From NCBI GenBank assembly GCA_964016885.1, contig OZ024744.1, forward strand, positions 124,806,001 to 124,870,000: a stretch of 64,000 nt of DNA, given 5' to 3'. This document shows positions 22,190-33,120 of the stretch, piece after piece. The position numbers were made by a program, and so were the translations under genes. Source of the DNA: Eledone cirrhosa (lineage: Eukaryota). Positions within the stretch are counted from its first letter, which is position 1. The number at the start of each line of letters is the position of its first letter. The notes under the pieces are model-generated. The model was not told the DNA's origin. It was given only the letters and a program-made list of their open reading frames with translations, and ran no database searches.

Positions 22190-23090
22190 TTACACCACAG
22201 AACTGTAGGAGTCTTGATCCCTCAAGCCATACCTCTAGCCATCATGTACTCCAAAAGAGTCTCACCTTGGTGCTACTCAACATGTCCATTAAATTTAGCA
22301 GCAAGGATGCCCTCTTCTTAGTGAGAGACAACTACAAGAGAGGTTCTTAGAGAAGAATAAGCCACTATAGTTAACTTTTGTTGACATAGAGAACCCCGAT
22401 CTGTCATCTGGTGGTCCTTAAGGAAACTAGGTGTAGGGGAATGGCTTGTGAGGACAGTGCAAGCTATGTACAAGGGTGCTGTCAGTAAAGTGAGAGGAGG
22501 AATTCCAGAAACAAAGTAGGTGTACATCAGGGTTCGGTCCTCAGTCCGCTCTTGTTCATTATAGTCCTCCCTCCCTCCCTCCCTCCCTCCCTCCAAGCCA
22601 TAACAGAGGAGGAGTAGTTTAAGACTGGATGCCCATGGGAACTTCTCTATGCTGACGATCTGGTTCTTATAGCAGAATCAGTAGAGGAGCTAGCTAGAGA
22701 ATAAATTCTGGCTATGGAAACAGCAGTAGTTGGAATCAAGAAGACTGAGAGTGAACCTAGCTAAGACAAAAGTGTTTATAAGTAGAAGAGAGGACAAAAC
22801 TCTGATTCTGTCAGGGAAATGGCCATGTTCGATATGTAGGAAAGGAGTTGGCATAAATTCTATGAAATGTAGTACGCAATGCAGATCTTGGCTACACAAG
22901 AGATGTAGTGGGATAGCAGGAAAACTGACTGACAGGTAGGGAGAAATACGTATGCAGTAGATGTACAGGGAAATTTGACAGAGATTGCAGTGATAGACAC
23001 ATTTTTCAAATGCAGGTGGGATCTATAGAGGGAGTTGATAGCTTCTGATACCTAGGTGATCAGATTAGTAAGGGAGGAGGGTGATATAAA
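22190..23090 (+). pseudogene. Decayed RTE LINE RT region with embedded Cys-rich finger
   Basis: Codes GVHQGSVLSPLLF (~22520-22557), LLYADDLV (~22642), LRVNLAKTK and SGKWPCSICRKGVG..C..C..WLHKRC; broken by stops and a (CCCT)n insert. Confidence 0.8.
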
Positions 23091-23619
23091 ATATATTGTT
23101 ATCATGACTGTCTTTATTATTTAAATTACCTCTGTCTATTTACAGATTTTACAGAGTGTACTGGGTGCTTTTATGATGGGAGCAGCAACTCTATACGATT
23201 TTACAGAGTGTACTTGGTGCTTTTATCATGGCACATGGCAGCAGCAGCAGCAGCAGCAACTACGATTTTACAGAGTGTACTTGGTGCTTTTTACTCTGAC
23301 ATCAGCACTGAGGAAGTTGTCATATTTTCAGCTAAATTAATGAGTAGAAAAACCAAGTTTCTGCTACAAAAAATTCTCAGATTCAAGGGAGACATTCAGT
23401 TTAAGTATGGTATACTGTCACTAAGGCAGCAAATTGGCAGAGTCGCTAGAATATCAGATAGCATTCTTTACATTATTTGTTTCAGCTCTCTGTTCTCTCA
23501 ATTCAAATCCTGCTCAGGTCAACTTTGCCTTTCATCCATACAAAATAGATTAATAAAAGTACCAGTGTATTACTGGGGTCAATTCTTCTTCTAACTAACT
23601 CTTCTGCACTTCCATTCTC

Positions 23620-23656
<37 letters not shown>

Positions 23657-23924
23657 GCTTCTTTAGAACACATCTGCTGTATTCAGACCTGGAGCGGAGA
23701 TGGGCTCCACCAAGTTTTAAAAATTGCCCTTTAAGCGCTGTATGTCAATATGGTGCCCCTATGATTCCCTCCCTCAGGAGTTATGGGACCATAGATACTG
23801 TCAATTGTAAAGAATAACAGAGATATTCAGTGCTAGTGTGGTGTTCTGTCAGTTGTGGAGATTGATGAATCTAAACAGAAATATCAACAGCACTTTTCAT
23901 TTCTGAGTAACACATTTGTTACCA

Positions 23925-24080
23925 AGTGCTGCATGGCTGGAATGAAAATCAGTGCTGTGAAAACCAAGACATTCATCCTCTCAAGGAAGCTTGTGCAGTG
24001 CACTCTACATGTAAATGGAGTCCCACTGAAGCAGGTAGAAAAGTTCATGTATCTCGAAGCTGTGTTCACGAGTGATGACA
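23925..24080 (+). pseudogene. RTE LINE fragment
   Basis: MKISAVKTK...LKQVEKFMYLEAVFTSD resembles the RT thumb region KT..M / V..FKYLG..F. Confidence 0.55.
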
Positions 24081-24218
24081 GAGACGGCAAAGGCACAACA
24101 CACAACAGAAGAAAAGAACAATGACAATTATTATTATTATTATTATTATTATTATTTGTTTTATTAGTTTTATTATAATAAAAATTGTGCTGTTAGTTTG
24201 CTTGCTATACCATCATGT

Positions 24219-24306
24219 ACCCTAACCCTAAACCTAACCCCAACTCCAACTCTGACCCTAAACCTAACCCCAACCCCAACCCTAACCCTAACCCTAACCC
24301 TAACCC
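24219..24306. repeat. Degenerate telomere-like (CCCTAA)n tract fused to the spacer repeats
   Basis: CCCTAA/CCCCAA/CCTAAA hexamers ending in perfect CCCTAA copies. Confidence 0.85.
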
Positions 24307-24308
24307 AC

Positions 24309-25229
24309 GATAGAAGACGTTCGTTACCGCTGGAGCAACGCAAATTACTCCTCGGTTGACGCCAAAAACGAACGCCTTCTCGACGGCTAGCCGCATTTCG
24401 TGATCCGCCTTTCGATTGCGCTTCCGTCGCGGAAAAAGAATTGCCTTTATAGGCCGCCGCCGCCCGACCGGACCCACGATAGAAGACGTTCGTTACCGCT
24501 GGAGCAACGCAAATTACTCCTCGGTTGACGCCAAAAACGAACGCCTTCTCGACGGCTAGCCGCATTTCGTGATCCGCCTTTCGATTGCGCTTCCGTCGCG
24601 GAAAAAGAATTGCCTTTATAGGCCGCCGCCGCCGCCCGACCGGACCCACGATAGAAGACGTTCGTTACCGCTGGAGCAACGCAAATTACTCCTCGGTTGA
24701 CGCCAAAAACGAACGCCTTCTCGACGGCTAGCCGCATTTCGTGATCCGCCTTTCGATTGCGCTTCCGTCGCGGAAAAAGAATTGCCTTTATAGGCCGCCG
24801 CCGCCCGACCGGACCCACGATAGAAGACGTTCGTTACCGCTGGAGCAACGCAAATTACTCCTCGGTTGACGCCAAAAACGAACGCCTTCTCGACGGCTAG
24901 CCGCATTTCGTGATCCGCCTTTCGATTGCGCTTCCGTCGCGGAAAAAGAATTGCCTTTATAGGCCGCCGCCGCCCGACCGGACCCACGATAGAAGACGTT
25001 CGTTACCGCTGGAGCAACGCAAATTACTCCTCGGTTGACGCCAAAAACGAACGCCTTCTCGACGGCTAGCCGCATTTCGTGATCCGCCTTTCGATTGCGC
25101 TTCCGTCGCGGAAAAAGAATTGCCTTTATAGGCCGCCGCCGCCGCCCGACCGGACCCACGATAGAAGACGTTCGTTACCGCTGGAGCAACGCAAATTACT
25201 CCTCGGTTGACGCCAAAAACGAACGCCTT
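24309..25229 (+). promoter_or_regulatory. rDNA IGS-type tandem repeats (169/172 bp, 5 full plus 1 partial); candidate Pol I spacer promoters or enhancers
   Basis: Starts at 24309, 24478, 24650, 24819, 24988, 25160. Each full unit contains CTTTATAGG(CCG)n, reminiscent of TATAGG Pol I start motifs. The array lies ~360 bp upstream of the 18S start. The repeat is certain; the promoter role is inferred. Confidence 0.6.
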
Positions 25230-25587
25230 CCGGTTCGGGCGACGTAAAAGTCTGTAGCCTTTTCGCCGATCCTCGACGATTATCCGCCTTCCGAACAACC
25301 GCCTTTCCGCCGTCACAGCAGTAGGTACTCGTCCGTCGTAATAGCCGTCATTTTAATGCAGGAGAAACGCCTAAATGCACTGCGATTGACGACGATCTAC
25401 GACGCGCTTACTCTTCCTTGCTGCGACGAAGGTTTCGTTCGGCTTTTCGTCGTGGACCCGGTCAGGTCATGCCGCTGATCTCGCGTTGCGTCGTTACCGC
25501 TGGAGCAACGCAAATTACTCCTCGTTTAACGCCAACATCGAACGCGCTTCGGTTCTCGGTCGTCGTTGTTTTGTTTCGTGCGGAAGA
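25230..25587 (+). other. 5'ETS-like segment
   Basis: CpG-rich segment between the spacer repeats and the 18S 5' end; assigned by position. Confidence 0.55.
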
Positions 25588-25771
25588 TACCTGGGTGATC
25601 CTGCCAGTAGTCATATGCTTGTCTCAAAGCTTAAGCCATGCAAGTGGAAGTTCATGCCGTAAACGAAAATGGTGAAACCGCGAATGGCTCAGGAACCGGA
25701 TCTAATCCTCGGGACCGTATTCCTCACCGCGAGGAGAGGATAACTGTGGCAATTCTAGAGCTAATACATGC
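25588..25771 (+). pseudogene. 18S rRNA: 18S rRNA 5' fragment (first ~185 nt only)
   Basis: TACCTGGGTGATCCTGCCAGTAGTCATATGCTTGTCTCAAAG.TTAAGCCATGCA...GTGAAACCGCGAATGGCTCA...GGATAACTGTGGCAATTCTAGAGCTAATACATGC matches the universal eukaryotic SSU 5' end; colinearity stops after it. Confidence 0.93.
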
Positions 25772-25779
25772 AATTGAGA

Positions 25780-28700
25780 TCGGAGAGGGAGCGATCCGTC
25801 TGCTTGATTCCGATAACGAACGAGACATTCGTATCCGAAAGAACGTTTGTCTGGAAACTGGTGCAGTCAGTGAGTCGAAAAAAAAATATCTCGGTGGTAG
25901 TAGCAAATATTCGAACGAGACATTCGTATGCGAAAGAACGTTTGTCGGTGGTAGTAGCAAATATTCGAACGAGACATTCGTATGCGAAAGAACGTTTGTC
26001 TGGAAGTGGCGATCCATGCCCGGTGGATAGTTGGTTCCGGGTTTTACTATGATTGTTGCAAAACAGAAACTTAAAGGGATTGACAGAATTTGCGATTCCG
26101 GAGAGAGGGCGATCCGTCTGCTTGATTCCGATAACGAACGAGACATTCGTATCCGAAAGAACGTTTGTCTGGAAACTGGTGAGTCAGTGAGTCGAAAAAA
26201 AAATATCTCGGTGGTAGTAGCAAATATTCGAACGAGACATTCGTATGCGAAAGAACGTTTGTCGGTGGTAGTAGCAAATATTCGAACGAGACATTCGTAT
26301 GCGAAAGAACGTTTGTCTGGAAGTGGCGATCCATGCCCGGTGGATAGTTGGTTCCGGGTTTTACTATGATTGTTGCAAAACAGAAACTTAAAGGGATTGA
26401 CAGAATTTGCGATTCCGGAGAGGGGGCGATCCGTCTGCTTGATTCCGATAACGAACGAGACATTCGTATCCGAAAGAACGTTTGTCTGGAAACTGGTGAG
26501 TCGAAAAAAAAATATCTCGGTGGTAGTAGCAAATATTCGTATGCGAAAGAAAAGATCTCGGTGGTAGTAGCAAATATTCGAACGAGACATTCGTAGGCGA
26601 AAGAAAAATATCTCGGTGGTAGTAGCAAATATTCGAACGAGACATTCGTATGCGAAAGAACGTTTGTCGGTGGTAGTAGCAAATATTCGAACGAGACATT
26701 CGTATGCGAAAGAACGTTTGTCTGGAAGTGGCGATCCATGCCCGGTGGATAGTTGGTTCCGGGTTTTACTATGATTGTTGCAAAACAGAAACTTAAAGGG
26801 ATTGACAGAATTTGCGATTCCGGAGAGAGGGCGATCCGTCTGCTTGATTCCGATAACGAACGAGACATTCGTATCCGAAAGAACGTTTGTCTGGAAACTG
26901 GTGAGTCAGTGAGTCGAAAAAAAAATATCTCGGTGGTAGTAGCAAATATTCGAACGAAACATTCGTATGCGAAAGGACGTTTGTCGGTGGTAGTAGCAAA
27001 TATTCGAACGAGACATTCGTATGCGAAAGAACGTTTGTCTGGAAGTGGCGATCCATGCTCGGTGGATAGTTGGTTCCGGGTTTTACTATGATTGTTGCAA
27101 AACAGAAACTTAAAGGGATTGACAGAATTTGCGATTCCGGAGAGGGGGCGATCCGTCTGCTTGATTCCGATAACGAACGAGACATTCGTATCCGAAAGAA
27201 CGTTTGTCTGGAAACTGGTGAGTCAGTGAGTCGAAAAAAAAAATATCTCGGTGGTAGTAGCAAATATTCGAACGAGACATTCGTATGCGAAAGAACGTTT
27301 GTCGGTGGTAGTAGCAAATATTCGAACGAGACATTCGTATGCGAAAGAACGTTTGTCTGGAAGTGGCGATCCATGCTCGGTGGATAGTTGGTTCCGGGTT
27401 TTACTATGATTGTTGCAAAACAGAAACTTAAAGGGATTGACAGAATTTGCGATTCCGGAGAGGGGGCGATCCGTCTGCTTGATTCCGATAACGAACGAGA
27501 CATTCGTATCCGAAAGAACGTTTGTCTGGAAACTTGTGAGTCAGTGAGTAGAAAAAAAAATATCTCGGTGGTAGTAGCAAATATTCGAACGAGACATTCG
27601 TATGCGAAAGAACGTTTGTCGGTGGTAGTAGCAAATATTCGAACGAGACATTCGTATGCGAAAGAACGTTTGTCTGGAAGTGGCGATCCATGCCCGGTGG
27701 ATAGTTGGTTCCGGGTTTTACTATGATTGTTGCAAAACAGAAACTTAAAGGGATTGACAGAATTTGCGATTCCGGAGAGGGGGCGATCCGTCTGCTTGAT
27801 TCCGATAACGAACGAGACATTCGTATCCGAAAGAACGTTTGTCTGGAAACTGGTGAGTCGAAAAAAAAATATCTCGGTGGTAGTAGCAAATATTCGAACG
27901 AGACATTCGTAGGCGAAAGAAAAATATCTCGGTGGTAGTAGCAAATATTCGAACGAGACATTCGTATGCGAAAGAACGTTTGTCGGTGGTAGTAGCAAAT
28001 ATTCGAACGAGACATTCGTATGCGAAAGAACGTTTGTCGGTGGTAGTAGCAAATATTCGAACGAGACATTCGTATGCGAAAGAACGTTTGTCTGGAAGTG
28101 GCGATCCATGCCCGGTGGATAGTTGGTTCCGGGTTTTACTATGATTGTTGCAAAACAGAAACTTAAAGGGATTGACAGAATTTGCGATTACGGAGAGGGG
28201 GCGATCCGTCTGCTTGATTCCGATAACGAACGAGACATTCGTATCCGAAAGAACGTTTGTCTGGAAACTGGTGAGTCAGTGAGTCGAAAAAAAAAATATC
28301 TCGGTGGTAGTAGCAAATATTCGAACGAGACATTCGTATGCGAAAGAACGTTTGTCGGTGGTAGTAGCAAATATTCGAACGAGACATTCGTATGCGAAAG
28401 AACGTTTGTCGGTGGTAGTAGCAAATATTCGAACGAGACATTCGTAGGCGAAAGAAAAATATCTCGGTGGTAGTAGCAAATATTCGAACGAGACATTCGT
28501 ATTCGAAAGAACGTTTGTCTGGAAGTTGCGATCCATGCCCGGTGGATAGTTGGTTCCGGGTTTTACTATGATTGTTGCAAAACAGAAACTTAAAGGGATT
28601 GACAGAATTTGCGATTCCGGAGAGGGGGCGATCCGTCTGCTTGATTCCGATAACGAACGAGACATTCGTATCCGAAAGAACGTTTGTCTGGAAACTGGTG

Positions 28701-31700
28701 AGTCAGTGAGTCGAAAAAAAAAATATCTCGGTGGTAGTAGCAAATATTCGAACGAGACATTCGTATGCGAAAGAACGTTTGTCGGTGGTAGTAGCAAATA
28801 TTCGAACGAGACATTCGTATGCGAAAGAACGTTTGTCGGTGGTAGTAGCAAATATTCGAACGAGACATTCGTATGCGAAAGAACGTTTGTCTGGAAGTGG
28901 CGATCCATGCCCGGTGGATAGTTGGTTCCGGGTTTTACTATGATTGTTGCAAAACAGAAACTTAAAGGGATTGACAGAATTTGCGATTCCGGAGAGAGGG
29001 CGATCCGTCTGCTTGATTCCGATAACGAACGAGACATTCGTATCCGAAAGAACGTTTGTCTGGAAACTGGTGAGTCAGTGAGTCGAAAAAAAAATATCTC
29101 GGTGGTAGTAGCAAATATTCGAACGAGACATTCGTATGCGAAAGAACGTTTGTCGGTGGTAGTAGCAAATATTCGAACGAGACATTCGTATGCGAAAGAA
29201 CGTTTGTCTGGAAGTGGCGATCCATGCCCGGTGGATAGTTGGTTCCGGGTTTTACTATGATTGTTGCAAAACAGAAACTTAAAGGGATTGACAGAATTTG
29301 CGATTCCGGAGAGGGGGCGATCCGTCTGCTTGATTCCGATAACGAACGAGACATTCGTATCCGAAAGAACGTTTGTCTGGAAACTGGTGAGTCGAAAAAA
29401 AAATATCTCGGTGGTAGTAGCAAATATTCGTATGCGAAAGAAAAGATCTCGGTGGTAGTAGCAAATATTCGAACGAGACATTCGTAGGCGAAAGAAAAAT
29501 ATCTCGGTGGTAGTAGCAAATATTCGAACGAGACATTCGTATGCGAAAGAACGTTTGTCGGTGGTAGTAGCAAATATTCGAACGAGACATTCGTATGCGA
29601 AAGAACGTTTGTCTGGAAGTGGCGATCCATGCCCGGTGGATAGTTGGTTCCGGGTTTTACTATGATTGTTGCAAAACAGAAACTTAAAGGGATTGACAGA
29701 ATTTGCGATTCCGGAGAGAGGGCGATCCGTCTGCTTGATTCCGATAACGAACGAGACATTCGTATCCGAAAGAACGTTTGTCTGGAAACTGGTGAGTCAG
29801 TGAGTCGAAAAAAAAATATCTCGGTGGTAGTAGCAAATATTCGTATGCGAAAGAAAAGATCTCGGTGGTAGTAGCAAATATTCGAACGAGACATTCGTAG
29901 GCGAAAGAAAAATATCTCGGTGGTAGTAGCAAATATTCGAACGAGACATTCGTATTCGAAAGAACGTTTGTCTGGAAGTTGCGATCCATGCCCTGTGGAT
30001 AGTTGGTTCCGGGTTTTACTATGATTGTTGCAAAACAGAAACTTAAAGGGATTGACAGAATTTGCGATTCCGGAGAGGGGGCAATCCGTCTGCTTGATTC
30101 CGATAACGAACGAGACATTCGTATCCGAAAGAACGTTTGTCTGGAAACTGGTGAGTCAGTGAGTCGAAAAAAAAAATATCTCGGTGGTAGTAGCAAATAT
30201 TCGAACGAGACATTCGTATGCGAAAGAACGTGTGTCGGTGGTAGTAGCAAATATTCGAACGAGACATTCGTATGCGAAAGAACGTTTGTCTGGAAGTGGC
30301 GATCCATGCTCGGTGGATAGTTGGTTCCGGGTTTTACTATGATTGTTGCAAAACAGAAACTTAGAGGGATTGACAGAATTTGCGATTCCGGAGAGGGGGC
30401 GATCCGTCTGCTTGATTCCGATAACGAACGAGACATTCGTATCCGAAAGAACGTTTGTCTGGAAACTGGTGAGTCAGTGAGTCGAAAAAAAAATATCTCG
30501 GTGGTAGTAGCAAATATTCGAACGAGACATTCGTATGCGAAAGAACGTTTGTCGGTGGTAGTAGCAAATATTCGAACGAGACATTCGTATGCGAAAGAAC
30601 GTTTGTCGGTGGTAGTAGCAAATATTCGAACGAGACATTCGTATGCGAAAGAACGTTTGTCTGGAAACTGGTGAGTCAGTGAGTCGAAAAAAAAATATCT
30701 CGGTGGTAGTAGCAAATATTCGAACGAGACATTCGTATGCGAAAGAAAAATATCTCGGTGGTAGTAGCAAATATTCGAACGAGACATTCGTATGCGAAAG
30801 AACGTTTGTCTGGAAGTGGCGATCCATGCCCGGTGGATAGTTGGTTCCGGGTTTTACTATGATTGTTGCAAAACAGAAACTTAAAGGGATTGACAGAATT
30901 TGCGATTCCGGAGAGGGGGCGATCCGTCTGCTTGATTCCGATAACGAACGAGACATTCGTATCCGAAAGAACGTTTGTCTGGAAACTGGTGAGTCAGTGA
31001 GTCGAAAAAAAAATATCTCGGTGGTAGTAGCAAATATTCGAACGAGTCATTCGTATGCGAAAGAACGTTTGTCGGTGGTAGTAGCAAATATTCGAACGAG
31101 ACATTCGTATGCGAAAGAACGTTTGTCTGGAAGTGGCGATCCATGCCCGGTGGATAGTTGGTTCCGGGTTTTACTATGATTGTTGCAAAACAGAAACTTA
31201 AAGGGATTGACAGAATTTGCGATTCCGGAGAGGGGGCGATCCGTCTGCTTGATTCCGATAACGAACGAGACATTCGTATCCGAAAGAACGTTTGTCTGGA
31301 AACTGGTGAGTCAGTGAGTCGAAAAAAAAATATCTCGGTGGTAGTAGCAAATATTCGAACGAGACATTCGTATGCGAAAGAACGTTTGTCGGTGGTAGTA
31401 GCAAATATTCGAACGAGACATTCGTATGCGAAAGAACGTTTGTCTGGAAGTGGCGATCCATGCCCGGTGGATAGTTGGTTCCGGGTTTTACTATGATTGT
31501 TGCAAAACAGAAACTTAAAGGGATTGACAGAATTTGCGATTACGGAGAGGGGGCGATCCGTCTGCTTGATTCCGATAACGAACGAGACATTCGTATCCGA
31601 AAGAACGTTTGTCTGGAAACTGGTGAGTCAGTGAGTCGAAAAAAAAATATCTCGGTGGTAGTAGCAAATATTCGTATGCGAAAGAAAAGATCTCGGTGGT

Positions 31701-32732
31701 AGTAGCAAATATTCGAACGAGACATTCGTAGGCGAAAGAAAAATATCTCGGTGGTAGTAGCAAATATTCGAACGAGACATTCGTATGCGAAAGAACGTTT
31801 GTCGGTGGTAGTAGCAAATATTCGAACGAGACATTCGTATGCGAAAGAACGTTTGTCGGTGGTAGTAGCAAATATTCGAACGAGACATTCGTATTCGAAA
31901 GAACGTTTGTCTGGAAGTGGCGATCCATGCCCGGTGGATAGTTGGTTCCGGGCTTTACTATGATTGTTGCAAAACAGAAACTTAAAGGGATTGACAGAAT
32001 TTGCGATTCCGGAGAGGGGGCGATCCGTCTGCTTGATTTCGATAACGAACGAGACATTCGTATCCGAAAGAACGTTTGTCTGGAAACTGGTGAGTCAGTG
32101 AGTCGAAAAAAAAAATATCTCGGTGGTAGTAGCAAATATTCGAACGAGACATTCGTATGCGAAAGAACGTTTGTCGGTGGTAGTAGCAAATATTCGAACG
32201 AGACATTCGTATGCGAAAGAACGTTTGTCGGTGGTAGTAGCAAATATTCGAACGAGACATTCGTATGCGAAAGAACGTTTGTCTGGAAGTGGCGATCCAT
32301 GCCCGGTGGATAGTTGGTTCCGGGTTTTACTATGATTGTTGCAAAACAGAAACTTAAAGGGATTGACAGAATTTGCGATTCCGGAGAGAGGGCGATCCGT
32401 CTGCTTGATTCCGATAACGAACGAGACATTCGTATCCGAAAGAACGTTTGTCTGGAAACTGGTGAGTCAGTGAGTCGAAAAAAAAATATCTCGGTGGTAG
32501 TAGCAAATATTCGTATGCGAAAGAAAAGATCTCGGTGGTAGTAGCAAATATTCGAACGAGACATTCGTATGCGAAAGAAAAATATCTCGGTGGTAGTAGC
32601 AAATATTCGAACGAGACATTCGTATTCGAAAGAACGTTTGTCTGGAAGTTGCGATCCATGCCCGGTGGATAGTTGGTTCCGGGCTTTACTATGATTGTTG
32701 CAAAACAGAAACTTAAAGGAATTGACAGAATT
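25780..32732 (+). repeat. rRNA-mosaic satellite: 19 monomers of 317-520 bp with variable 54-bp subrepeats, made of 18S and 28S fragments
   Basis: TTGGTTCCGGG at 26031, 26348, 26753, 27070, 27388, 27705, 28123, 28550, 28922, 29239, 29644, 30003, 30321, 30841, 31158, 31475, 31942, 32314, 32673. 18S-derived modules: GATTCCGGAGAGGG, GCGAT..GTCTG..T.ATTCCGATAACGAACGAGAC, GTTGCAAA...GAAACTTAAAGG.ATTGAC. 28S-derived module: ATCTCGGTGGTAGTAGCAAATATTC.AACGAGA. Confidence 0.9.
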
Positions 32733-32759
32733 TTCGAATCGACATCAACTCGGCTACGG

Positions 32760-33120
32760 CTATCCCGTCGAGTACGAGAGTATCGCGGGATCAGAGCAAC
32801 GGTTTGCTAGGCTGCCTCTGAGCGATAACGGCTGAACGCCTCCTCTAAGCCGGAACCCTAGCCGGACCCGAGTTGTTTTTCGACAAGCGTCTCGACCTTC
32901 TTAAGGCCCATGCCTTAGTTTGGCGATTGCCGTCCGTTCGCCGACGGCGGCAGCGTCAGCGGAAATGCCATTCTGTGACGACTACGACGATTCGTCGTCG
33001 TCGTCGTCCATTCGATTTCCTGAAAGAGATAGAGACTAAAGTGATCAAATTGTTCGGAGTTACGTGCTTAGTAGAGCAGCTACCACACTGCAATCTATTG
33101 AGAGTTTTCTGACGAACGAT
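32760..33120 (+). pseudogene. 28S rRNA: Degenerate, internally deleted 28S rRNA 3'-terminal fragment
   Basis: Sarcin-ricin-loop-like AGTACGAGAG (32771-32780); GGCTGAACGCCTC(CTC)TAAGCCGGAACCC, compare GACTGAACGCCTCTAAGTCAGAATCC; AGTAGAGCAGCTACCACACTGCAATCTATTGAGAGT, compare the 28S end AGCAGAGCAGCT...CTGCGATCTATTGAAAGT. Confidence 0.8.

Noticed and set aside
24324-24352. CGCAAATTAC in the 169-bp repeat as another 18S fragment
   Set aside because: A 10-bp match to 18S GCGCGCAAATTACCC is too short to distinguish from chance.
24173-25316. Arg-rich ~123-aa ORFs on the minus strand of the spacer repeats
   Set aside because: Frame-shifting translations of a GC-rich 169/172-bp tandem repeat; no coding signature.
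26018-26040. CGGTGGAT / GGATAGTTGGTTCC as 5.8S or 28S fragments
   Set aside because: Several short alternative matches exist; it cannot be assigned without the species' rRNA sequence.
25724-32659. Long ORFs up to 438 aa on both strands of the mosaic array
   Set aside because: By-products of 54-bp (multiple of 3) subrepeats; frames break with the A8/A9/A10 run length; no domain motifs.
25780-32732. CRISPR-like array (54-bp repeats with intervening sequence)
   Set aside because: The intervening sequences are themselves repeated, so there are no unique spacers; no cas genes; eukaryotic context; the repeats derive from rRNA.
25588-33120. Functional 45S rRNA gene
   Set aside because: Only ~185 nt of colinear 18S and a damaged 28S tail are present; no recognisable intact 5.8S, 18S 3' end or peptidyl-transferase centre.
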